The position numbers were made by a program, and so were the translations under genes. A stretch of 64,000 nt of DNA from Octopus sinensis (Eukaryota), in contig NC_043001.1 in the NCBI RefSeq assembly GCF_006345805.1, forward strand, positions 38,254,001 through 38,318,000, given 5' to 3'. The notes under the pieces were generated by a model that saw only the letters and a program-made list of their open reading frames with translations, had not been told where the DNA came from and did no database searches. The stretch's first letter is position 1; every line of letters begins with the position of its first letter. This document shows, piece after piece, positions 11,406 through 22,002 of this stretch.

Positions 11406-13030
11406 TTAATAACTCAGTCCAAAAATGGATGTGCTTGGAGCTGACAATAGTAATTGACATGCTTTTAATAATTTTCTTTTTCAGACAGGTCATGGTGGAC
11501 TAATTTTTGATCCTTTGACACTTTTCCAAGCCTTTTCACTTTACAATGGAAAATCATATGAATAATACTGAACTACCTGCTAAAATCCTTAACTGTAATC
11601 ATAGAATTTGCTGCAACAACCACTTTTAGTAAGTCAACTCAAACAAGCATTTCTTAGCTCTTCCTTTAAACTGACATTCCCATTTCTGAAATGAGAAAAC
11701 CACCTCTTGCTAGTTCTTTCACTTACTGCACTCACACACCATAAATGTTCTGAATGGATATTGCTATCTAACTTGCCCTTCTATGAGACTTGTAGAGAAT
11801 GACATGATGCTTTATTTAGTCACGTTGAACATGAGGGTAGTGAGAAAGTGTTTTCTTGAATAATGTCATTATATCCTAAGTGTAAAAAAATGTAATTTAC
11901 TTCTGCAGACATGACTAAATACCAAAGATGGAACTTTATTAAATCTTGCTAAAAATTATTGGCTCAAAAACTAAACAGACCTTTTATTACAATATATTTT
12001 GATCATGGACAAAATGTAAAGTTGATAACAAAATGCAAACTGTTGGTTATCTGTTACCTCATTGACTAATGAGCTGAACCCAGAATATAAAGAAAATTAA
12101 AAAGAATAAATTGTTTAATTTGGCACTCTACCATTTCAACCAACTGACCATTTCTTGAGTCAAGGAAGCAAACTATATTCACAGTCACTTGACTTGCTAG
12201 AAATGACAACTAAGTCTTACCTACCATCTTGAAAAAAAAAAAAAATAGGGATTGGATAAGCTGACTTAGTAATATCTGAAAATAAAAGATGGGATGATCA
12301 AAAATAGAATGTCTTTGATCACAGGTCTGCTTATTCAAAGCTCACCTGGGCTAAACAAGAGCTAAAATTAACCAATTTTTAAGAAACTTTAAAAATAGAT
12401 GGCAAGTGGAGACATTTGATTTAATTTGAAGAATTATTTAAGGCAAAGGTATAACCTTTTTATGTTGGAAGATTTTATTGAAGTTAATTGCCACCTGACA
12501 AAGATTTAAAATATGTCATATACAGGTGAAACGCATTTATTTTATAAAATACAACTGTTCATAAAAGCAAAAAATATTAAAATACCATATTTGATGACAT
12601 AAAACCTCCTTCCTCCATCTGTTTCAAGAAGGGAATATTTAAAAAAATGTAGTGAGTTTACAAATAACATTTGGCATGTTTATTGATATTCAAGTGTTTA
12701 ACAGCATGTGATGCTCTTAAAAATGAATTCGGTACATTTTACCATGGTACCTTTTAGTTTTTTAAGCATTGAAAAAATATTAAACAAATAAGTAAAAACA
12801 AGTAAGCAAGCAAACATACAAATGGTAATACAGCTTCATCAAATTAAATACAAACACACTAAAATATACTGTAAAGTGGTTGGCAGCGAGAAGAGCACCC
12901 AGCCATAGAAAACATATTAAAGCTGACACTGGGGCTCAGTACAACCATACAGCTCACTGGATCCTATCAAACCATCCAACCCATGCCAGCATGGAAAATG
13001 GACATTAAACAGAGATGATTATGACAATCA

Positions 13031-13114
13031 AAACAAATCTTAACAGGTCCCCTAAAAGAAACAAATTTTAACAGCTCCCCTAAAAGAAACAAAATTTTAA
13101 CAGATCCCCTAAAA
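13031..13114. repeat. 28-bp minisatellite, 3 copies
   Basis: AAACAAAT(C/T)TTAACAG(G/C/A)TCCCCTAAAAG x3. Confidence 0.85.
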
Positions 13115-15139
13115 TTCTTTAAAACAATCTTTTTTGTGTTGGCAAGTGCTAGTGATGAATCAATGTGTATGCATTAAAAATTTCCAGTGCAGGTAAAGAA
13201 AAATAAATGGGTATTTCTAAAATTCGAAGTTACTTAGAAAGCTAGGCTTTAAATAATATTAAATCAGCAACAATATATTTAGTATAATGATTTTCTCTCA
13301 GTTATACTTTTTCAGAAGGTTGCAGTTCCCTACTTCTTGTTTAAAACATCTAGTATTATAAAATATATTTTCTTGTATGTAATTTTCAAATAAATTTAAA
13401 CTACAGTCATGCCTTGATATACAAGTTAATTTCTTCTCACAAACTGCTTGTAAAGCATAAACTCATAAAAGCTTGTAAACCCAGGGTTTCGTAAAGCAGG
13501 TCATCATAAAGTGAGGTATTACTGTATATACATCATCATTTAACATCTGCTTCCATGTCAGTATGGATTGCATGGTTTGACAGGATCCAGTGATCCACAG
13601 AGCTTTAGTGTCAGCTTTGGTAAAGTTTCTACTGCTTGATGTCCTTGCTATTGTCAACCAATTTCTCAAATTTGCCAAGTAACTTGCAAGGCAGGAGAAC
13701 AGAGAAAAAGGAAAAGGAAAAAGTTCCTCCTATTAAATGGTGGAGGGAAAGATATTTGAGAAGAAATAAAAATAAAAATTTGCCTGTAAAACTCTTTTTT
13801 TCCCCCTATTATACACAACATTTTAGTTAACATAGCTCTTTTTTCTTGATATATTAATGCATTAATGCCAAATTTTCCAGCATTTAACTGATTGCATGGC
13901 AATATCTTAGAATACAAACAGAGTGGGTCTTCTACAATTAGATAAGGGTAAAGAATGGCTCCATGTTCATGGTACAATGTAATATTTTTACAAGAACTTT
14001 TGCAGGTACAATGTATTACCATTTTATTTATTGAAATAGTCAGTTAACATGGTTTAATTCTTGTTCAGCATCTTAACCAAAATAAATAGATGACTCATCT
14101 ATGTACTTTGATCTTAACATGGGGCCCCTCAACTATGGAGTGCCCCTGCGACCACAGGTATTGCAGGAGCTTTGAATATTTTGAACATCTTCTTGAAAAA
14201 CTTCATTGCCAAAATGAATGATTATAGAAACACAGTGAATTGATTTGAAACATTACTTTTCCATTATTAGATTTGTATGATTTTGATTGATGTACAAATA
14301 TAATAATAATAATCATTATACCTGTGTTTGTTTTGATATTAAGATTTAAAAAAAAAGCGTTTTTTAAAAACAGTTTGGACCAGAGTTTGCCCCCTATGCA
14401 TATTTCATTCCTGCACTTATGCTGTTGGTGCTCACTTCCCATATGGAGCAAATTTTATCTTCAAATCCTTTGGGTTGCTATTGATAATTTGTTAGAGGAT
14501 ACATAAGAAACATAGTAGTAGTTGTATCTGGCTATACTTGCAGTTCTTGGAAGGAAGCCTTACTGTAAAGTGATAAGATGAATGAACTAGAACATATTCT
14601 TGACTTCTAAAGTTGTTAATATCCTTGACACATATAATTCTTATGTTGTTTTCTGATCCTTAATATCCAACTATAACATTCATTCCAATGTGATTCTTCA
14701 AACAGTCATGACAATTTATTAAAACTTATATACCAAAGAATCTATAATTTTAGATATAAGAAAATTTTCAAATTCTATTTTTTAAAATTGATACAAACTC
14801 TGTCAGCTGAGTTTGTAACTTTTAATTCTTTTTATAGCAAACAATTTGAAAGTGGAAGACGTCTCTTATCTGTGATATAAACTTTTGTAAATTAAATCTA
14901 ATTGTAATGAATATAAATTGAAAATCAGTGAGCCAAAACAATGACCTAAATAACATTTGAAGAATATAAGAGAGAAAGCATTTTTTCCAGCAACATTAAA
15001 TAACTTCCAACTTTTTTTTACCAAGTGCTACACCTTCCCATTTTGTTATATGATGAAAATTTATTAGTTCTTTAATAAAGATGAACTTTTATTTTCTTTA
15101 TTGTTCCTTCTTCTCAGGAACATTAATTAATGATGACAT

Positions 15140-15708
15140 CAAAAACATCACGTGCCACTGAACAAGCATCACCTGACACCAAAACAGTGTAGGACATTCT
15201 ATTTCGCTATTCGCCCGCCATTGGACTCGATCGGACACGAACCAACACGAACATTTTATTGGAGTAAGCAGGCGTGGAACGATGATGCCTCATTGTCAAT
15301 CAAACTTCCGGCAATACATCCTTTTTGTACGAGTCTGCGCATTAAGCGTCCGTGTTGGCGCGTCTTAGGACATAACACGCTATTTCGGCTATTTTATATC
15401 ATTAAAAAGAACTATAACAAAATAGCAGTCCAGTGAATCACGAACAGAATCTAACATAAATTAACAATCTTCCTTTACAATACTAAAACTGCTATTATTT
15501 TCACCGAACGGAGGAAAATTACACAAGTCCCAATAGGGTGACTTTAAATAATAATAAAAAAAAAAAGGAAAGGAAAAAAGCGATAATATTGTTCTTATTT
15601 ATTTAAGTCAGTTCATTTGTTGAGTAACCTCGCTTTCCTCTCACCTCATTGAGTCGGTTACGACTGATATAGTTTTCTCCACGAGTGAAAGAGTAAACCG
15701 AAACTAAC
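15140..15708. promoter_or_regulatory. CpG-rich, TATA-less housekeeping promoter / 5' UTR of IPO7
   Basis: CpG-rich patch just upstream of the ATG with CACGTG (15149-15154), CCGCCAT/ATTGG (15215-15224), ETS-type ACTTCCGG (15304-15311), TGCGCA (15336-15341) and a pyrimidine run CTTTCCTCTC (15633-15642). TSS not determinable from sequence. Confidence 0.65.
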
Positions 15709-15792
15709 ATGGACATAAACGAACTTGTTGAAGTGTTGCAAGCAACATTGGACCCGGCTCGCCGTGAGCAAGCCGAGCAGAAGCTTCATGAG
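15709..15792 (+). CDS. IPO7: IPO7 coding exon 1 ([28 protein letters not shown])
   Basis: ATG at 15709, 84 nt, donor GAG|gtaagg, phase 0. Confidence 0.95.
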
Positions 15793-16634
15793 GTAAGGTT
15801 CACTCATAAAGATTGTTGAAATTCTTTTGATTGACGCTTTGAAGAATATATAGATGGCACGGTTATCAAAAAGATTAAAAAAAAAACAAAAAAAAAAAAC
15901 TCATGTGCAAGTGCTCGTAATTCCATATAATTTAGTTAAAACCGATGTTATATATATTACGCACATACGTAAGAATAGATGCATGTTTCGAAAACTTTAT
16001 ATTCCTCTGGAAGTTTTTGACAGATCAACCTTGTAAAAGGTTCATATGTACACACACTCAATTGATTCCCGTTGAAAATTTGCCTTCAGTAAAATGACTT
16101 CGCTGTTAGTGCATTGTGAAGGAAATTCATGGTAAGTCAGGCAGCGTAAAAGAAAGGACGAACGACTATTCTGTTGGCGGAAGGAGTTAACACGTTTTTC
16201 AAAATGGCAGACAAATCGCGATGGAATAAAAGAAATACTTAGGGCAAGCATTCAGTTCGGAAAGTGGGAAAATATATTGATATTATTTAGGTTAATTACA
16301 TTAATATACCAGGGAATAATACATGTTCTGTTAATTTTTCACTAACAGCATTACACTTAAATTTTCACATACGCGCGCGCGCACATCTAATTGCATGTTT
16401 TCTTATCTATTCGCAACTGTCTTTTATTAAATGGAAAAATGTTAGTTATTATTTCTTAAGTGTTTCATTTGTTACAAAGTCGCTTTATTAACAACGAAAA
16501 TAGCTATTGGTGAATTATGAAGTTCCGTCCTTTTCCTCTCTCTTAATCCTAAAACTTTTTTGTTTCACTACAGCGATTTTTTCGAAAAAATGTTCAAATA
16601 AAAAATATATCAAATATGTACATGTGTGTGTATG

Positions 16635-16666
<32 letters not shown>

Positions 16667-18421
16667 TTATATATATATATAAAATAGTAATAATGAACGA
16701 ACGCATCAAAGAATTGCCTGCGTATCAGTGTCATGTAGGTTGAAACACGTGTGTGTGTAAATGAATATCTGCGCAGGAATGCGCCTTCAGAGTATTAAAA
16801 GAAAGTATGGTAAATCAGTGTCAGGATTTGCTCGTCACTACACAATATCGATTATTTTTATTCTGGTGTTAGATTGGTGCCAATCTGAGAATACAAAATC
16901 CTTGTTTCGGAGTTGTATGAATGATACTTAGATATTATAGTCACTTTTATATCTTTCAAGCTTTGTCCATTGCGATTGCCTCAAAAATCGGGGACCAGTT
17001 CTTGCAGCTTGAATGATACAAAAACTTTTACTTTGCATATTACTTGCTGAAAGCATATGAAAAATTGTTTTAAATGAGTTGCATGGTCGTAAAGCTTTCT
17101 GGATCTCAATGTTAGACATCTTTCCTAATTAGTTTATCATTTCGCTGTTAATATGGTCCTCGTGTACTTTGATGACTTTATGAAATAGTCTCACTAATGT
17201 CTATCTTACTGTTAATAATTATGTTCTAGTTACATCGACTAATGGAATTCTAAATAGTTGCCCTTTTAGAAAAAGTAATGTTTCAAATATGTTAGTTTAA
17301 AAAAAAAATCTATTGAATCGTTCATACTATTATGCTTTTGTCATTTTAATCTGTCGATGGATTATTTGTCAGCATTGCTTCAAACAGTGTTTAAGTATCA
17401 ATCTGGCGGTGGAAATATGTCAAAATGATCGTGAAATTACTGCGATATCTCATTGCTTTTTCCGAGTCTTTTTTTTTTCATAGACACAAACGTCAATCAT
17501 TCTCGTACTGTCATCTTAAATATTAAATTAACTAGTGTATCAAATAGTTAAGGTGCATGTCAGGTGACTTGCGTCATACTCTAGGAAATACGAAATAAAA
17601 TTACAGAAAACCCACCATACACGTGTTAAGATTAGTTTCCTTATATAATTTTTTTTCTTGACAAAGTGGAATCTGAGCAAGTGTTCGCTTGTCTTTTTTT
17701 CAGTTTCTGTTTAGAGAAGCACGAATTCAGCTTAAATTTGACATGCAGATGGTAGAGAGCTGAACTAAATACTTTGTTTTCACTTTTTGAGTTAGGACTC
17801 TCGTCTGTATCGACTTTGATCGTATCTCATTCCTGTTAGTGATATACAATCGTTCAGTAGACTGCATTGTCAAGTCATGTAAATTATCTTGATTTTTAGT
17901 TTCAACAAGTTAACTTCCCACCCATTCTCTCTTTCCTATTAGGCACTTTTTCCTCTACAGTGTGTTTAATAGTTGCTTATTTAAATGAGTTTTAAAATCC
18001 TTGCTGTTAACAAGCTGCAGTAATTTATAACTGCGATCTGGTAGTTTAAATAAAAGTTCATTATAATTAAATAGTAATTAATTTATCATATTTACTCACT
18101 GTGAAATAGATTTTGCACATATCTTAATTTGTAATCTAATCATTTCTTAATTAAATGATTTAATTATTCTATGCTCCTAGGAGTTTAAAAAGGTCAGCAA
18201 TAGTTGTCGCTGAGTTCTTTTGGCAATTTTAACTTAGAGTGATGATCATATCACTCGGTTTCAACAATACTAATAACTATATAAACTTTTGCGGAAATCA
18301 TCCTTATTTTTCTCGGACCATGTCTGATATATAGAAGTTAACATTTCTTATACTTCTCAGCTGATATGTTAGTGAACATTTTCTTGCTATGCGAATGGGG
18401 TGTGTGTGTATGATATACACA

Positions 18422-18479
<58 letters not shown>

Positions 18480-21400
18480 CATACCCAGAAATATGAGTCA
18501 GTTTCCCTCCAACCAATTGTTTGAGCACATGATATAGATTCTTGGTGAGGGAGTGAAGTATAAAATAGGTTAAACACGTGCAGCTAACTACATTAAGAAA
18601 TACAATAAAAGTCCTTGATATCCAATTATTCAATTTTTTTCTTCAGAATTTAACATTAGACTATAAATATTGAACTATGCCAAGATTGAATCGATAATAT
18701 ATATTCACTTAGGAATTTAGTTTATTATATTTTGATAGTGGAGAACTTTGAGCAAATTCTTGTCTTGATTTGTGATTGTATAGCTGATGCTCCACAGCAG
18801 TAATAGAATTAAAATTCTTTTCATAGAACTGCTGGTGTGGTTCTTGGATAGCTTCATTTGATAAAAATATTTAATATGTATTGTCAGTCTCGGAAACAAT
18901 ATAGATTTCGTTAACTTTTTAAAATTACCTCTTATAATTTCTGGATGATAGCTCATCTAGCATTATTTTAAAACATTTTTCTGTGTTTTGGGTAAATTTT
19001 AAAGAAATAGTTCGTACCCTTTGTGTGTGTATATAAATTGCTGAGTATGTGTATCATCATATACCTGCTATCCATAATGGCATAGTGGTCATAGTCTGAG
19101 CCTTATTTGTAGTTACTTTCTTTCTGGGTGTGGTTGGGGAACCACAACTCATTTGTATATTTTATTTTGACATGGTTTCTGTGGCTAGATGCTCTTCTTA
19201 GCAGTAACCACATTACAGAATATTAGGTGCATTTCATTGTGATACCTGCACTGGTAAGGTCGCTTTGTACTCTGCTAGATAAAAAAGGGGCTTCACTGCT
19301 TTATTTTTTTCACTTGTTCAGCACAAAGTGGCCATTAGAATGAATAAAAGAAAGGGTGACTGCAGATGAACTGAGATGAGGAGAAAATATAACAGAGGAG
19401 GTAGAAATGGGAAGAGACCGAACTAGAGTAATGAAGGTAGGCAGTCGGTAATGAAATAACAGCAGAGAATAATGGTAACTAAAAAGATTGCAGGTGAGAG
19501 AGCAAGTAGTAAGCAGTCATAGAAATGGTCACTGCTAAGTGAGTGTGCTGGATGTAAGTAGTGACCCAGGTAACTATTTAAGGGTAATGTTAGCTAGTAA
19601 AAAAGAGCAGGAGTGGTGTTAATAGAAGATAAGAGTGACGGTTGTTGATAAAAGAATAGCTAGAGCAGATGGTGGCAAGCAGCACAATAAAGGTGATGAA
19701 GAAGCACATTGGATATCAGTAGATCTGATACAAACTCTCTTTACTCAGGTATTGTTTGGAGAGAGACTGGTGGCAGTGGACAAGGGAGGGCTAGTTACAG
19801 GTAATCGTAGAAGTGGTAAAGAATGTGATGAATGGCATGGTGCATTAAAAAGGAAAGGTGGGGCACTATGCAAAAGAGCATCGGATGAAGACAATAGGTA
19901 CAAAGGAGTAAAAGATGCAGTTAGAAATATATACGTTATGTATCTCTGCCCTCATAAATACTGTATTTTGCTCTGTTTGTACGAATGGATTTGCTTTTGC
20001 ATTAGAAAGTGCCATCAATGCCTGAAGTATCTTGCCATGAGATGATCTTTAATAAGATTCCCTGTTCTGTGGTCAAGTGATACTGAGGAAGCTTGGGGCT
20101 GATATGTCATGCACATGTGCAAACAGCAAATTAGTAATATGCAATGAGATCAGCATGAAGGGAGTATATTGCGGCTTGGTTGTCAGCCTCCTTCTGTTCT
20201 TTATAGTCCTTCAAGTCATAATGTTGGAGTAAAGACAATGGTTGCATATGGAAAATCATATGCAGACCTGACTTTTAGCTGAATCTGTAGTAGAAATAAA
20301 GAAATTGCAAGCCTGGAAACCAAATCTAGAATTGAGCGGCTTCAAAGTAAACTTGACAAAGACTATAAAATTAGAAAGTAGAGAAGCCAATCCTGTTGCT
20401 CATAAGAAATAGCTATCAGTGTGGCTATGTAAACTATAGCTGAATAAGACGTGTAATGGAATCACATGCAAGTTAACAGAAGATGGGTAGACTTCACATC
20501 AGACAATGTACAGGGGTAATTAGTACAAAAAAACATGCAAAATACTTTTTTCAATGCACAGGTAGCTCTCTGGATGTGGGGTGGATGATTAGAAAACGTT
20601 AGCGATGGTTAGAAAAAGTTCAGGGAGCTCTTCCCTCAGTGAAGGTTAGGATATATGATACTGGTGTACAGACAATGAGGCTGTTTGGTAGTAAGATGTG
20701 GGCCTTGAATGCAGAGGAATTGTGAAGACTAGAGAAAAATGGAGTATGCCTTTTTATGGCCTTCAAGATGGTCCTGCATATAACATTGTACTTGTCTCCT
20801 GGGATGGTAGTATCTTGCAAACCTTTTTGTACTGCTACTGATGGTATGAGTGATACTTTCCACACTGGCATGGCACAATTGACACTATCGTGTGGGAATC
20901 TAGAGGTATTTTTTATCTCTTATGTTGAGCAGGTATTTAGTAACTCTCTCCAATTCTTGGATAACAAAGGTGTTGCCTTCCAAATGAAGTGTCAAGTACT
21001 TATCACAGGTCTAGGGAGGCTACAATTCATGTCAGTGTTGGCATTCTCTAGCTTATGGAATACGTATGCCAGCATAACTTTTGGCTGGTATAATGAGTAT
21101 TCCTTTTCTAAGTCTCTGCATAAGTAGGTCAGTCCAATTAAGCTTGGTTTACATGGAGCAGCTGTACACTCAGTACCTTTGTAGGAGTTCTCTGCCTAAT
21201 CTCAATGTTATTTACCATCACAATTGTGATGTACTGCTCTCTTTACTGTTCAGTAGTTGTCTAAGTGACACTGCTATACTCAAAGGCTGTTTGTCTTAGG
21301 TCTCTACATTTATCCCTCCATTTAACATAGATTCTGTCACTGTCTTTGTAGAATTTAGTATGCATTGTTAGTATCTTCCTCATTACAATTTCCAACTATG

Positions 21401-21621
21401 CTATTTATATATGTGTATATTAGTATATATTACTGTGTAGTAAGAAGCAAACTTCTTACTGATATGTAGTAAGAACCATGTGGTTGGGAAGTTTGTTTCC
21501 TAACCACTTGGTTTTGCATTCAGTCCTGCTGCCTAGCACCTTGGGCAAATGTCTTCTGGAGCCTTGGGCTGACCAAAGCATTCTAAGTGAATTTGGTAGA
21601 CAGAAAGTGAAAGAAATCTGT

Positions 21622-21680
<59 letters not shown>

Positions 21681-21721
21681 CACACATATATATATATATA
21701 TACACATATATATATATATAT

Positions 21722-21756
<35 letters not shown>

Positions 21757-21971
21757 CATATATACACACATGTATGTCTGTTTGGTGTGCTTATGTTCCT
21801 GTAACAGAGTAGTTTGGCAAAGAGATTGATAGAAAAAGTACCAGGCTTCAAAAGGACAGAAAGCACTGTGGTTGATTCATGTAACAAAAAATTCAAGGTG
21901 GTGCCCCAGCTTGGCTGCAGTCTAATCACTGAAAAAAGTGAAAGAAAAAGATATGAATATTTATGGCTATG

Positions 21972-22002
<31 letters not shown>

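Noticed and set aside
13666-14022. 118-aa minus-strand ORF MVIHCTCKSSCK.. with AAAATGG start context
   Set aside because: No recognisable domain, C-terminal third runs through pyrimidine-rich and SINE-derived sequence, and about one ORF of this length is plausible by chance in 64 kb; needs homology or expression support.
15130-15176. C/D snoRNA-like boxes (ATGATGA..CTGA..CTGA)
   Set aside because: Only ~46 nt from C to D box, no terminal stem, no C' box, located in a promoter rather than an intron.
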